A stretch of DNA of 63,098 bases, the filler included, from Polymyxa betae A26-41 (Eukaryota > Protista > Endomyxa: Phytomyxea), in assembly GCA_003693705.1 (NCBI GenBank). It is 5 parts of 5 records of this genome, joined end to end, with 100 filler letters (N's around TTAATTAATTAA, not from the genome) between each part and the next. Parts side by side here need not be neighbours in the genome. Positions count along the whole stretch, not along the records: positions 11,318 to 29,013 come from RBZT01000999.1; 4 more parts are not named here. One strand, written 5' to 3'. The translations under genes and the position numbers were made by a program. The notes beneath the pieces were generated by a model that had not been told where the DNA came from, did not search any database, and worked only from the letters and a program-made list of their open reading frames with translations. This document shows positions 12,406 through 26,531 of this stretch, in pieces (positions within the stretch are counted from its first letter, which is position 1; each line of letters starts with the position of its first letter).

Positions 12406-13821
12406 TTGCGTAAAATGCGTGAATATTTTAACATTATACGAAACTGCGTGAGAATGTGCGAGGCGCAGCCCTCACATTTGTGGATGTTTGAATTATCACA
12501 CTTGACAGAGTGTCTTAGAGTTTACATTTTTGCAATGAATATGATGGCATTCCAGTCAGATCAGGACTCATCTATGATGGTCCCATTCCCTCTCTATCTC
12601 GATGACCATCAGTATTTTCCAGAATTCCTTGTTGCATCAGATGATGACACCGATCTTGCCCGACAATTTCAATATATATCAAGATTTAGATCCGATCCAC
12701 CTCCAGAGCTCCGAAAGATGATGACGTCAGAGCCACTACGAGTCGATTTACTGCTTGTTGCAGCGTCTATTGGAGACATTTCATTCCTTGATTCTATGAA
12801 GACAAAGTTCGGAGGTGTCGTCTATAATTTGCATTATGTTGCATTTGCACTTAATAATGAGCATATTGAATTTTATATGTATTATATAGTGCTATCCAGA
12901 GGGACCTGTATTGCTGCCAGTGTGAGTGAGGACTTAGATGATTCCCTTCCCATTAGATGGGCTCAATACCGCTATCAGCCTCTCCAAGATCTCATCTTAC
13001 ATAATTATATATCTGAAGACAATCGTTTTATGCTGTTTCGATTTTTGTATGAGGAAATAATTCTATCATATCCATCACATGAATATATGAAACGATATCT
13101 ATATTCACCATTCGGTGGCGGCGGGTATCGCAGATTCAGTGCTATTGGAGATGAGGAACAGCTGGTCTCTTCATGGCCAAATTATCCAGATTTTACTGAA
13201 GATGAAGAAGAACACATCCTGGATCTCACACTGACTCGTGATCAAAGATTCTATCGTATTCGTCAATATTTGGTTGAAGAAAATGGATATCGTTACCAGG
13301 ATATTCACGTCTCACGTTCAACTTCCCGAAAGCGACTTTATGAATTCGTATTGCAACATTTAAAATCTGAATTCGATCCTGATCTGATTCGATCTGAGTA
13401 TCCATTTCTGCATTTGCATGATTTCACCTTACTGAGTGCAATTTGTTTCTACTTCCTGATGTATCTTAAATGCATTTATACGCCCCGTGACTTAGAATTA
13501 GAACTCCGAGATATGGCCGAGGTGCTGTTTGATCGTGGGAATTTTATGCCCAAGTTAGTTCATATTATTAGATTCTTGGAATCTACCAATTTCCAGACAG
13601 ATAGTGAACTTGATCAGATCAAGTTTATTGGTGCAATTCGATCTGATGCGTCTCGTTGCTCAAAAGATCCCGATTTATTTGCTCGTGAGATGGCCAAATA
13701 TCTACGGGGGATTCTGGATCTGATGTCCAGATTGAAATATGATGGATATGTTCATATTGATTGGAGTATTGAATCTCCAATTGATTTCCCACATTTTGAA
13801 TATTCATATCATTTACCATAA
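12406..13821 (+). CDS. Uncharacterised Tyr/Phe-rich ~470-aa protein, copy 1 (true start uncertain)
   Basis: 1.4-kb open frame, also kept open in the diverged inverted copy. Confidence 0.8.
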   Translation: MRKMREYFNIIRNCVRMCEAQPSHLWMFELSHLTECLRVYIFAMNMMAFQSDQDSSMMVPFPLYLDDHQYFPEFLVASDDDTDLARQFQYISRFRSDPPPELRKMMTSEPLRVDLLLVAASIGDISFLDSMKTKFGGVVYNLHYVAFALNNEHIEFYMYYIVLSRGTCIAASVSEDLDDSLPIRWAQYRYQPLQDLILHNYISEDNRFMLFRFLYEEIILSYPSHEYMKRYLYSPFGGGGYRRFSAIGDEEQLVSSWPNYPDFTEDEEEHILDLTLTRDQRFYRIRQYLVEENGYRYQDIHVSRSTSRKRLYEFVLQHLKSEFDPDLIRSEYPFLHLHDFTLLSAICFYFLMYLKCIYTPRDLELELRDMAEVLFDRGNFMPKLVHIIRFLESTNFQTDSELDQIKFIGAIRSDASRCSKDPDLFAREMAKYLRGILDLMSRLKYDGYVHIDWSIESPIDFPHFEYSYHLP

Positions 13822-13977
13822 AACCCGAACATTTTTGCTAGAGCGTGTATCGCTGCCTGCTCTGATCTCGCATCAGCGACGAGTATTAAAACATAAATAT
13901 TGTCAATATGATTAGATTTCTTACAAAAAAGAATGGCAAACAAATATCATTAAGAAATGAGACTGTATTAATTCAGA

Positions 13978-16900
13978 TCATGCTATTGGGCTATAACAGA
14001 CCCCCAAAAGAACCTTTGAACAAGCAGGACATACTTGTTCAAAACTGGGTTGGGGAGCATCGGCCGGGTCGTCTTCCTTAGGTTTGGGAAAATGAGTGAT
14101 AGTCTTTGGTAGTTGCATGATCTCTTCCTGATCTAACAGAAGTCCAGTCAGCATTGTGTTAAGAACTCGTTTGAACTGCCCTGCAACAGAAGGATGCGAA
14201 AGCGCCATGGCCGTTTCATTATCGCAATCAATTTCAACTCTTGATTTCGGGATATTATCCAGTTCATCTCCGATATAATCGGTCACAGAGTTTCTTGGGA
14301 CATTCACACTGTGGCATTTTGCACACTGGACAATAGAGGCCACTTTTGTGACTCGAATGACATCTTTATCTTTGCAATGCTCGATCTTGACAGTTAATGA
14401 AAGTGGAAGAAGAGGAGTGCCATTGATTTGTTCTTTGCTGTAACGTCTGGCTGTAATGGTAGCATGGTCTTCGGCACAGTTTCCAGGCAAATTATTTTGA
14501 GAGGGACCTGCGCTTAGTAGTACCAGATCTTCAGGTCTGTACATTGCTTCGCATTCATCAGCTTCATTGCCAATATATTCTTGCCAATCCAAGATGAAAG
14601 GCGTATCATCAGACGGGGGATCACCGTTTGATCCCGTGACGTGACAAAGTGATGGAGCATTCCCCTTCATGAAATTGTACACTTTTTCATCAATCGAATT
14701 CAGCACATTGAAGAATGTTTTTTGGGGGCCGATGAAGCCTCTGCCAGCTGTATCGATATGCATCGCTAACAAAGTGGTTAGTCGCTTGTTTGGTAGAGAC
14801 CCTTTTGTAAACTGTCGTGGTTTCCCGTGAATGAGTGCGTCGATGAGTTTTCTAGCGATTTGTCCCAGACGATGTAATAGAAGTTCACAGGCCATCATGA
14901 CATCACATTTAGTGACATGATCCATCATAGAACCAACTTCTATAAACAAAGTTTCCACGAATTTTGAATGACGCTGCAGATTGAACCTTTTAAGATTTTC
15001 TTCCGAGATAATCCCTTTAACAGCCGTGCAAAGCACATTTTTTTTCTGTAGAGCGATGTCAGAACTTGATCAATCGACCAGTGACGGCCATCATACATCT
15101 CGAAAACACGGGCAGCTGCCTTTCTTATCATCCTGCTCTTGCTTAACTTCCTCCGACGTCCGAACTTGTTCTGCAACATTTGGCTTAAAAATCGCGACCT
15201 GAACAGAGACTGATCTATTCAAACCGTTGAAAGCAGTTCGCGTAGCTGTCTTAGTCGATGTGGAGGTGCTGGTTGAAGTCCCGAGATCTGTTTCGTATTC
15301 AGAATCAAATATGAGGAAATCTGGCAATCTAATCAACGTACCTGATTGAGACTCTGTTGAAGCTGTTGTAGAGTTGGATTGATTAAGAGAGCTGGAAGTG
15401 GCATTTGCTGTTGTGGTTGCAGATTTAGCAAATGTCTGCAAATGTTCTTGTAATAACTTTGTAGTGCTGCTGGATTGTTGAGAGAAGCAGATGTCATGGG
15501 TTTTGGTGGCTGCGAAGAGGTCGCCATAGCATTTGGAAACATTATCATCAGACAGACTCCTCTTAGAACTGTCTTTTGTCTGACATTCACCTAGGGATGC
15601 AAAACGCTTTAGAAACAGTCAGTTTAGTAAAGTAAACATTTTGCATTACTGGTTGGAACAGCAGATACACGAACATTACGGCGATTCCGATATTGTTCCA
15701 GAGCCACAAAATCGATCGTGACTATTATCAATAATTAGTGCACATATATCGATATAGTAATGGAATGTTACCGCTTAAACAAGTTTCTGCTTGAGATGAA
15801 CATTGACCTATAAAGTTATCAATATGAGCTGTGAATACAGGATTGGATGAACAGTCCGTCTGGCAATATGAAGAATCAAATATCATCTGACCTATAGAAC
15901 TGGGAAGATCCCTTACAGATTCGCCTGTACGTGTCAATATGTTAGAGATGGGTTCGTAGCTGATGAAAGTCGGACCTGGTCGTGTCTGGATCCCAGTCGT
16001 ACTGATTTCCCGATCTGTGGAGATAATGTATCAGAACATTGAAAGATATGGATTTTAAATCATTACGACGACGGCGTTGACGAAACTTGTCCAAAGCCTC
16101 AAAATCGAAGTGTGCTGCGAAACATGTTGATTAATATGATAAATATCATGAGAGGATGAAATGGGATTCCTACCTGTAGGTAAAATATCGGATATGTTAA
16201 TTGGCTCAGTAGCTTAACACACAAATTTCGTTATTAAGGGATATTCATATCTAAACATGATTACCGGTAGAAGATGAATGAGCAACACGCCCATATTTAT
16301 TTGTGATCATTTTGTCCAGGGCTACCAAATCGAATGCAGTTAGATATGAGAAATAAGTGAGGATTATATGCAATACATGGAGATGGGCAACTGACCTACT
16401 GTAGAGGAATGTGATATTGTCTCTTGTTCATCTGTAGATGCAGTTAGAGCGTGTTTAAACATAAACAAGTGTGGAGCTTTCATACCAATGCCGGAACTCT
16501 GCTTCTGACAGGTATAAGGTAATGATCCTGTATGGATGATTCAATATGAAGATTGATACACGTCAATGAATCAAAGTATTACCAATAGTATCATGGTGAT
16601 TAGAGGCGCCATGTAGCCCAACAGAAGAGAACATAGAAGCAACATCCCCATGTTCGTAGTTTACTTTGGTCGCTGTCTTGTCCCAAGAATATACAACAGA
16701 TTCAGAAGTGCATGGCTGAGGATGAAATTGTTCGGGATCAATGAGGGCGACATTTTCCGCCTTCGAAATACTTGCGAGAAGAAATGGATCATGACCCGAT
16801 CCGAATTGTGTGTGACTTGATCCAGTTCCAAGATACGGTTCAGATAGAGCAACATCTGTAACAAAACAATTGATTAGAAATATCAGAAAGAGCGAATCAT

Positions 16901-19860
16901 CGCGGATCAGTAATCACATTACCTTTAGGTCGATAATCAGCAATCTGAGACACCTTCGGAGCAGTAACTGTGCAAGTATCGATTACAGAGAGTCACATAC
17001 AACAGCCTGTTTAGAATACCTTCAGGATGATTTGCAGTTGGAACGAGCAACTTTTGGTTGAGGGCAGTATTTCGAGAATGCCGATTTCTGATGAGCTTGT
17101 GACAGAAAGTGTGAAATTTAGACTGATGAGAAGAAGATGCTTCATCATATTGTCCAACAGGTAGAGAGGACTCAACAGAATGTCGTTGATCGTCATGGCT
17201 GACGCTGAAACCACATTCTACCTCCACGGTTAACGTTGGATGTGCGGGGCCAGCATGGTCAACAGCAGTGGACTGGGAGATAGACGTCTTTTGCCCTGTT
17301 TCGGTATGTTTTTGACCAGTTTGAAGATGAGCATCTTGACTAATAGTTGTGGAAAGTGTTGTTTGGGTCTTGGTGATGGATTTCTCTCCATATTCGTTCA
17401 ATAGCCCAGAAGATGTTTGAGTATCTGTGCTTGTCTTCCCATGATTCTGAGAATCACCAAATGATGTAAGAGTAGCTGTCTTTGACTTGTTATGATATCC
17501 ATCATCACCAGGGTTAAAACTTCTTGTCTGCTTGCCATAGTTCTCATCTCCCGGAAAAACCAATCGGGAGGGTAAACCAGCCTCTTTCACAGCTTTGATG
17601 GTCTCCACGACTTTTAAATACTCGATACCTCCTGGAGACTGTTTTTCAAAACGCTCCATTGCCAGTAACCAATCTTTTGTTGGATCAAAGTCTATAAGAC
17701 TCTCCAATGCTTTTTGCTTGTCTGTTACACCATATTCTGCTGAAGAGACGCGCTTCTTAGAACTCACAGCAGTACCGGACGATTTGGGAGCAGATGGTGG
17801 TTGGCTCTTGGTTGAGCCGTGTTCATGCGCAGACCGGCCGGAATGATCTGCAGTTTGATCGGTTGCAGGGACGTGAGAATCTCTAGAGATGTTGGTAGAA
17901 GCAGGATGTGATTGCTATATAGAGAATGCATGAATAAGAATGCATCAAACGAGGGAGCAGTAACTCTACCTGAGCATTATCAACAGGTACAGGTGAAGGT
18001 TGTTGTGGTGGTGTCCTGGAACTTTCCATCGATCGAGCAGCAGGTTCTTGAGGTAGTTCTCTGACAGAAGGTTGATCCTGAACAATGATGTCAATATCAC
18101 CATGGAGATGTCAGTTCAGGGAGACCATCCTACCGCTGAATTAGAGCCAGAATTGGCCCGTCTGGAAGGTCGATCTCCATTGGTAGGAAGGGGATTTCCT
18201 GATCTGTTCACATTTCCCAATCCATTAACGTTGCCGCTTGGCGACATGATATCAGGCCCGAATCCATGAATGTTGTCGCGAATGTTAACAATATCACGTC
18301 CTTGATCGGAGTTAGATAATCCATGGATTCGGCCGTCAATTTGCACAGTCTGACGTGGCTCGACTATAACGGACCCCTCTCCAAGACGGTTCTTACCGCC
18401 ATTGTAGTCGATGAGGGTGACATCATACCCCTCGCCTGTCTTGGCAGGTATCCCGGCATAATTGTCTTGAATTACAGGACGGCCTTGATCTGCAGCATCC
18501 CAGTCTATATAGAAGACGGGAGCTCCATCGTCGGTCATACCCATGTGGCCGCCATAGTCTTTAAGAGCGAGGTCCGGCTCAAGCAGTTTCTTGACCTTGG
18601 ACTTGACGGATTCGAAGGCCTTCACAGAACACCTGCAATACAGCGGATCAGAATGAGCGATGACCACGAGCCAGTTACTCACTTCATGAAGTAATGCTCC
18701 AGTACGGTGAACAGCGCTTCGGTAGGGATCGACCCTATCTGCGCTTCGAGCTGCTTGCCCAGGACTTCTGGGTCGGCATTCTGCATATTGACGCGAATAG
18801 CGATCTCGGTTTGTTTGGCGACGGTCATAGCCAGAGTGGAGACACAGAACGATGAGACCAGATTGGATCCCGGCATTTGCTGTAGACCCAGCGAGACTCC
18901 AAAATTCAAACCGTCGACCAGGAACTCGACCAGGTGATTGTAGCCTTGTAGGCTGTTGCCGCTCTCATAATACCAATACGATAGAGAGGCTTGCATTACC
19001 GGACGAGGACAATCTGCAAAACGGGCTGATCCGAGTTTAGACAGGGACATCTGGCCCAAGGCCAGTTTGTCAGCGAGAAATGCATGAGCGGCAGGAGGCA
19101 GCATGCCGGCAGTTCTCTGTTCCTCGAGAAGAAGATGGAGCGGACCGGAGCAGGCGACTGCTAAGTCGGAGGCATTGACAAAGAGGACCTTGATCTGATG
19201 AATGGTTCCTCGAGCGATCCTAATCGGAAGATAACAAAGGTTTCCCATAACAGGACCCAGGATCTTGTTCAATAAGGGTTCCAGCTTCTGCATAAACGCC
19301 TCGGCTTGATGTAATAGATCGGGGATGAAGTAAACAACGTCAGCGAACCCACTGATATTTGCATTTGCCCTCTGTTGACGAGCGACACATGTTTGTATGA
19401 GATCCCAAGCAATCAGATACTGTTGTCCTGCTGATGCTTGCATACCATAAGCAATGGCGTTGACAGTGGTGAACGAGTTCTTCAGCCAAGCCGACTCTTG
19501 AGTTGTTCGCTGAATCATCTCCATTACGTATCCAGGTTCGCTCATCTTCAGCTGTTGCTTCTCTAAAAGAACCTCAATGGAATCGGCTTGGATCTCTTGG
19601 GCGAACCGATCCAGCTCAGCAATCATATCGTCTGGATGAACATGTATGATACGATGTAATTCATCACGGATCTGTTGCCCATCTGGTATCAAACAGTTTC
19701 GTATCTCCAGTGGTATTTGCTGGTTGGAATCTGTGTGAGCATTGAGAAGCAGATAGAGAGAATATGAAATAGACTGACTATAGATTGCCTGAGTATGTCC
19801 AAGGAATGATAATAACAAGATCATGTAGACCATCATGGTCCAGGAAGAAGCCGAAGACAT
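13978..19860 (-). CDS. Very large multi-exon secreted protein (signal peptide, helical N-domain, Ser/Thr/Pro-rich linkers, C-terminal paired CxxC domain)
   Basis: GT-AG introns join 18679-19860 (signal peptide) to 18116-18682, to a short exon (DQPSVRELPQEP...DNAQ), to 16937-17767 in consistent phase. Further same-strand exons continue towards 13978-15036 (CAKC, CPAC); junctions below ~16900 were not all phased. Confidence 0.7.
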
Positions 19861-21999
19861 CGTTAAAACAAGATTGCAGAATCACTCAAGAAAGGTAGAG
19901 GGAGACCGCAACTCTCGCGGACTCCGCAACGGACTTTCCAAGCGGTCCTCATGCATGCTGGTCTCAGTGGTCTGTGACTATTTTGGGCCCCCACCCAGGG
20001 ACATTTTAGCCTGAGAAATGAAATGTCGTATCAGATAGGGGTGATTAGACTGGCAGGCTCGGTTTGAATACGAACTCGGCCATGGCATCGTCTTGATCAA
20101 TAACATTTCGTATATTTTATATAGACATCTAACGCCCACTTTATTGATTGTTTAGTCGTCTCTCTCACACCCTACTACCCACCTATGCATTCTTGGATCC
20201 TATCTTCGAGTAGAACGAATTCGTCGCAACAGCGTAACGTAACTGGTCGCTTGGGGTCGATGGCAGATCGTCCAGGAGCTTCAATAAGTGCATAAATACT
20301 GCATGATCACTGTTTCATTGTTTCGGGTTTAATTCTTCTGAACTTGAAATTGTAATTCTTGCGGAATCATATTACAGTAGAGAACATAGAGCGACTTTCA
20401 CAAGTTCTGATTGTATCTGCGTTGATTGTCTATCAACATGGTGTGTTTAATGAGAACGGAGGTGTACCTGTGGACGTGATTATAGCTCGCGTGTTGATAG
20501 GACGAAGTCCACTAGAGGCAGTGGATGCAGTCAGACCGCAGTCGTTGACGACATTGCAGTCAACGATCTGGGCTCGGCTCTTTCACAACCACAACATGCA
20601 GCTCATGTCTGAATCCACAAACTTCGAGGAACTCTTCAGGCCGTTTTCGGGCAGCGATCCGATTGCTCGCGCTTCGTAACAGCTGTCATTTTAATCTGTT
20701 TTTCTTATGATCATGTTTGCAGTCAGTTTTTCGAAAGCCATCAGCTGCAGGACTTTTTTCTAATATTTTGAAAAAATGATTATAATTTAGGTGAAGAGGC
20801 GCCTTTTGCGGTTTTCACGCTTATCGATCTGGGGTCGTCAAGTTGTTTTACAAATGTTTTGCTACCATTTTTTCAGTCAAAATCTCTTTCTTGACCTACC
20901 TCTCAATTATCGTCGCCTGTATTCCCAAAAGATGTGGAACCTGGCCCGTTACTGCTATTCTCGACGCTGTCTCGAGCAGATCCCTGTCATGTTCTGCTGT
21001 CTGTCACAATGACTGAACTTATTCAAGTCCTTCATTGATCGTCGCGAAAGACATTCTTTTTTAATTCCATGGTTTGAAATTCTATCGTTAAGATCCGGCA
21101 ACCGGTTCTTGATAAATGCTCAAAAATCATACGATTTGATTCAGCAATCCGCTTGGTCCATTCTTGTGTTTCTGATCACATTCTCTAGCTGCCTGGATAG
21201 GTATACCGTATAATCGATTTTTTCCGTGCTACAGGGTACGCTGTCTGTCGAAATCCCATCCATTTCCAGCGAGGCCATGATGTTACTAACTTTATCATGT
21301 CGGAGATATATATGAGAGAACGTCAACCTTCAATTTACGCCATGAGTCTCAGGTCTGTTTTTTATTGTAATATCTGAAGATATCTTTGGTATAATATTTG
21401 GACTGTTGCTGCGGGTTCTTTACAATCATCAATATGGGACAGCATTCCTCTCCATTTGCATTGATCATCTGATGTTTCATTGGTTTCTTGGGCATTCTCT
21501 GTTCCCGTTTTGAATTGGCGACATTCCCATGTCAGTTAACTCGGAGCTCAGGATGCTTTCGAATGAGCGAAAATTGAATTATGATGAACCTGTATCCGGT
21601 GTCATAAGAATGGCAATTCAGGCCTGTATTCAGGTTCGAGATGATCACGACTTACGGCCGTGTTCTAATTACATACTGGCCCTATCTCTGCGCTCTATTC
21701 TCGAGCAAAGTCTATGGGACTCGATATCAGACCTGAAGTGAAAATAAGATTCGAGCAGAGTCCGGCCATGCTCATCCCGATCAGACAGAACAGATGCCAA
21801 TAGTGAGGAATCATGTGGGTAGTCGTAAAGCGATTATCCATCATCAAGTTTACCCCTGGATGTAAGAGCAGTTACAGAGACAGGTCGCCTACGAACCCAT
21901 AATGCTGCGGCCAGGCTCCCAGGTTTAATGCAGTCGTTCATGGATTGACTATGAGGCAATGTGTATGATGGTTAGGAGCCCCCCGATCCACATACCGAT

Positions 22000-23400
22000 C
22001 TCGAGGATCGCGGTCTCCAGCTGTTTCTGCTTGATCGTGTCTAAAACGATGTTGGGACGACAATCTCATCGTCGTGAGTATTCTGGCCTTAATAGTCCAA
22101 ATGATCTCATGCATTCTTGGCAAATAACAATATGAGATGTGTAATATATGGCATGTTTGAACAATGGGCTCACATGTCGGATATTAACTGATTCACCTCT
22201 GCATTTGTGGACACGATATCCGGTTGAGTGTTATCATGTTCATTTTATTAACGCAGCTAAAGCACCAATTGCGATCACCACAATCGTGGTGTCAGTTACC
22301 TGAGGAAGGCATCCAGGATAAAGCCTGACTCTCTCTAATAGAATAGTTGATATGTTCCCGTGAACAAGCGATATGTTTGCTGGGCTTCTTGGTGCTAATT
22401 TTATAAAGGCTTTGGCTACTGCAAATATGCATTACTTCTGCATGGTAGAACTTTTCGCTTCAAGCTTGATATAATTTTCAGGTCATTTCTGGGATGTCTG
22501 CCAAAAGTGAATGGTTTGTCTTCGAGATCTGATACTGCTCATTACAGCCGAGCCAGCCCATGAGCTAATCAAACTCACATATATGAATATCTGGATCAGC
22601 AAATATACATGCTTGGTACTCAACTCGGTCAGGCATTAATTTACACTTTACAAATCCAAGAATATACAGACCGAGTTTTCAGCTTCATTTCGTTCAAATT
22701 TCAAGAGTATTGTGCACCAAGTCAGCTATGGTTTCATACAGCCTTGGCTGGAACCGCGGGCTGATCATGTCTATAAGCTGTGTATTTCTACATTCAACTC
22801 CGAATAGATCGACTACAATGTTTGGCTTATAGGATGGATTCTTTTCGCCATTGATCGATTATGCCTATCTAGCCACCACGAACTCTATCCTTTTGAACAG
22901 AAGTCTCTTGTCGATCTGCAAATAAGTTTCGAAATTTGATGAAGCCCTTGAGATACCTTCAGAACAGTCGGCTTTTGTAACAATCAGTGCTAATTAGGTC
23001 GAATGGTTTGCTGTGCTCTATACGATCGAGAGTAAGGTGACTCTGATTGCCAATCAGTGATCTACAACTTGAATTGTTAGGAAATGTTCGACCTTTGGCA
23101 ATCAATCAGGTCTGTTTCTGCAGATTAGAATCGTCTATTTGTATCTTAGTTTTTTGGCTCCTCAAAAAACTTCTTAGAAATGAGAATACACTTATAGTGC
23201 TCTACTGCTTGTAGCTTACAGAGATCAGAATTTCACATTTTGACTGCAAAATGGAATGCCTCGTTACGTTCATTGATAGAATAGTTTCTTTCCAAGGCGA
23301 TGTCTAAATGTTGGTTAAGTCACCGAGACCCCATACTGGTATTACTTCATTCCGATGTCAGTAAGCAGACATCCGAAAATGGTATATAAATATTCAAGAA
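22000..23400 (-). mobile_element. Highly degenerate LINE reverse-transcriptase-like remnant
   Basis: Fragmentary translations such as PDRVEYQACIF resemble RPxLEYASxVW. Many stops and frameshifts. Confidence 0.25.
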
Positions 23401-24189
23401 TCTCTTCGATATATAGTGATTGAGCATTCTGAACAATAAAATCCATAAGGAGATTTTCGTCCTGAGTTTGAGGTTGAAACAGCGACTATCGACCTGAAAC
23501 TACATCTTGACCTACGACAGAATAAATTGTTTAGATCCCATATAGCAGTACAAAACGAAAGGCCTCATTCCGAAATTGTAAAGATCGACGATTAGACAGC
23601 AATAACAGACAAAAAAGTGAACGCAGAAGAATCGTGAGGTAATGTTAACACATGGAGACATAGAGCTATAGGCTGCACAATTTTAAAGTAGTAATCACAA
23701 ACCAATAGAGAAATGATCAAATAACGAATCAAGATGGAAGCGAAATCATTCCAGCTGACATGATGGCACCCGATCTAGACCAAGATCAGAAAAGAAACTA
23801 ACCGAATCACTTTGAGTTTACCTACAACAATACATCAATATCTATATATCAAAGTGCATGACGAAGACCAATGTAGAATAAATGATACAGGCTGCCCTGC
23901 ACGAAGAAGGGATAAAGAAAAGTCCTGTTGCCGTAAGACGATGACATTTGATGCAAAACATAGACGAGATACAATATGAGAGTCTATAGAGAGATTTGCC
24001 ATGATGAGGGAATCATTTGACTTTGATCTGGAAGCTAATAGTCAAAGGTTAGTTTAACAGAAACCGTTCGTTAAACTTCAAGAAAACTAAAGCTGTTAAA
24101 CAATTCGGAAACTCCCGATTAGGTTTACAAGATAAAACATCAAAATTTGAATATGAATAAACGATTTCCTGAACTAATCCCGATTTTTT

Positions 24190-25530
24190 CTTGATCTAAA
24201 ACGTTTGCTGACATTTCCGTCATTCTACAGATATGCTAATGGGGTTGTTGATGCGATGCTGATGAAGAAGGTCGGAAATCCCCCCATTGCTCTAAATCTG
24301 ACACAAGTTTCGGGGGCGGCTCTGCTTTATTTGGTGATTTTCTTATTTCACTTTAATGCTTATTACTCTTTACCATTTCGAAAACATTTTCATTGTCGCA
24401 TTCGTTATTGCTCAGCGATTTTTCCCGAAGCTATGACTCTCGAGGTTGTTGGTCGATCAACACTATTTTGTCTCATTTCTCTATTCATTTTTGATTTTCT
24501 ACCCTCAATGCTTTCTGGCACTACCCTCATTCTACAGAGGTGCTAATGGTGGTGGTTGGTGGTGACGCTCATTATCAAGGTCGGGATTTCACCATTGTTC
24601 TCGTTTTTTTCATACTTTTCGGGGGCGGCTCTGCCAGTGTCGAAAATTTTCTCGCTTGTTATCCTTTGCCATTCTGAGACATTAATGTCGCACTCCTTCA
24701 TCGTTCAGCGTGTTTTCCGGTTTTTCCCGAAGCTATGACTCTCTATGTCGTTGACAATTTTGGTCTATCGGCAAACTATTTCGTCTCATTTCTCGTTTCG
24801 CGTTTGTGTTTCCAATTCCAGTTGTTTTCTGATATTACCCTCGTGCTACAGATGTGCTAATCGACGTGGTTGCTGACTATGCTGATGATCGTGGTCGGGA
24901 GGGAGTCTCCATTTTCTCGAATTTTCACACTTCCCGGGATTAATGGCAACCTTGTCTCTGAATAGAACATATTCAACATATTCTGCAGCATTGACCTCGT
25001 TATCGTCATTTTTAAAGCTCCCATCAGATCCAGGTTTGCTGATAGTCGTCTTTTGTCCTCACACCTCCTATCATCACATCGTTATTTCTACCAGAGTGCT
25101 AAATATAACTGAACAGACAACGGGCCCTGGAACAATATTACTAGAAGATCATCTGCTTCTGATTTGCCCTTAGCCCTTGTGTAAGAATCAGCCCATCTCC
25201 AAAGTCCTTTTTTTTCAACACTTTTTCTGTCATTATGTAAGTCAGATTCTGATCCTGGAATTATGTCATCACTTTGCCCATTTATTCTCGAAATACTTTC
25301 GACTACTTCATAGAATATTGACTTGAGCTGTTGTATTTTCTGGTTCCGTGTGTTTTCCCATTTTTGAACAAGCTTTGCCTATCTATACTGTTGCTGATTT
25401 CGGTCGATCGTCACTAATTCGTCTCATTTCTCTTTTAGCACTTGTTTTGCTTCATTTAAACGTTTGCTGAACATTACCCTTATTTTAGAGATGTACTAAT
25501 CGGGGTTGTTGGTGCGATGCTGATGAAGGT
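24190..25530 (+). repeat. Degenerate tandem repeat with a ~310-bp unit, about 4-5 copies
   Basis: Recurring ctacagatatgctaat-like block near 24225, 24532, 24846, 25088 and 25485; ttcgggggcggctctgc and tttttcccgaagctatgactct each occur twice about 300 bp apart. Confidence 0.75.
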
Positions 25531-25804
25531 CTTGAAACCGAGAACGTTGATTGCGAGGAAACCCAACAGGAACACACCCCACAGCTTGTTCTATGCTGCT
25601 ATCTATACTCTACATGTAGTTTATGCTGACTTAATGCAATATATCACTGGATCGACATTAAACATCATGATACTAAAGGCGGAGTCGGAATTACAGAAAA
25701 GAAAACACGAAGTGGATAATCTACGTACTCAGCATGAGGTACCTCTCCTGACGAATGTCCCCGATTCATCATAGAATGGGTTTATCTCCCCTAAATGCCC
25801 TGCA

Positions 25805-26374
25805 ATGTACAGACCTGAAGATCTGGACCTATTACAAAACGGTTCCACTAAAACCCTTCCTGGAAACTGTGCCGAAGACCATGCTGCCATTACAGCAAGA
25901 CGTTACAGCAAAGAACAAATCAATGGCACTCCTCTTCTTCCACTTTCATTAACTGTTAAGATCGAGCATCTCAGAAGTGGAGATGACATTACAGTCACAA
26001 ACGTGGCCTCTATTGTTCAGTGTGCGAAATGCCACAGTGTGAATATCCCAAGAAACTCAGTGACCGATTATATCGGAGATGAACTGGATATTAATAACCC
26101 GAAATCACGAGTCAAAATAGATTGTAATGATGCAACGGCCACGGCGCTTTCTCATCCATTTGTTGCTGGGCAATTCAAAAGAGTTCTTAAAACAATGCTG
26201 ACTGGACTTCAGTTAAATCATGAAGAGATAATGCAACTACCAAAGACTATCACTCATTTTCCCAAAGCACCTAAGGATAACGAACCGGCCGATGCTCCCA
26301 AACCCAGTCTTGAACAAGTATGTCCTGCTTGTTCAAAGGTTCTTTTGGGGGTCTGTTCTAGCCCAATAGCATGA
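25805..26374 (+). CDS. Duplicated C-terminal CxxC domain of the large secreted protein (partial paralog)
   Basis: 189 aa closely matching the last ~187 aa of 13978-15036. Confidence 0.65.
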   Translation: MYRPEDLDLLQNGSTKTLPGNCAEDHAAITARRYSKEQINGTPLLPLSLTVKIEHLRSGDDITVTNVASIVQCAKCHSVNIPRNSVTDYIGDELDINNPKSRVKIDCNDATATALSHPFVAGQFKRVLKTMLTGLQLNHEEIMQLPKTITHFPKAPKDNEPADAPKPSLEQVCPACSKVLLGVCSSPIA

Positions 26375-26531
26375 TCTGAATTAATACAGTCTCATTTCTT
26401 AATGATATTTGTTTGCCATTCTTTTTTGTGAGAAATCTAATCATATTGACAATATTTATGTTTAAATACTCGTCGCTGATGCGAGACCAGAGCAGGCAGC
26501 ATTGCACGATCTAGCAAGTATTGTTTGGGTT

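Larger units (their letters stand above)
11318..14547 (+). repeat. Left arm of a ~3.2-kb inverted repeat bounding a 17.7-kb contig
   Basis: The contig begins ataactcatcaaaaatgttccc and ends gggaacatttttgatgagttat. Mirrored ORFs: 12406-13821/26532-27938, 11924-12250/28094-28429, and 13978-14545/25805-26374. Confidence 0.97.

Noticed and set aside
20170-21741. Plus-strand gene in the spacer
   Set aside because: Short stop-interrupted frames with no recognisable motif; cannot be modelled.
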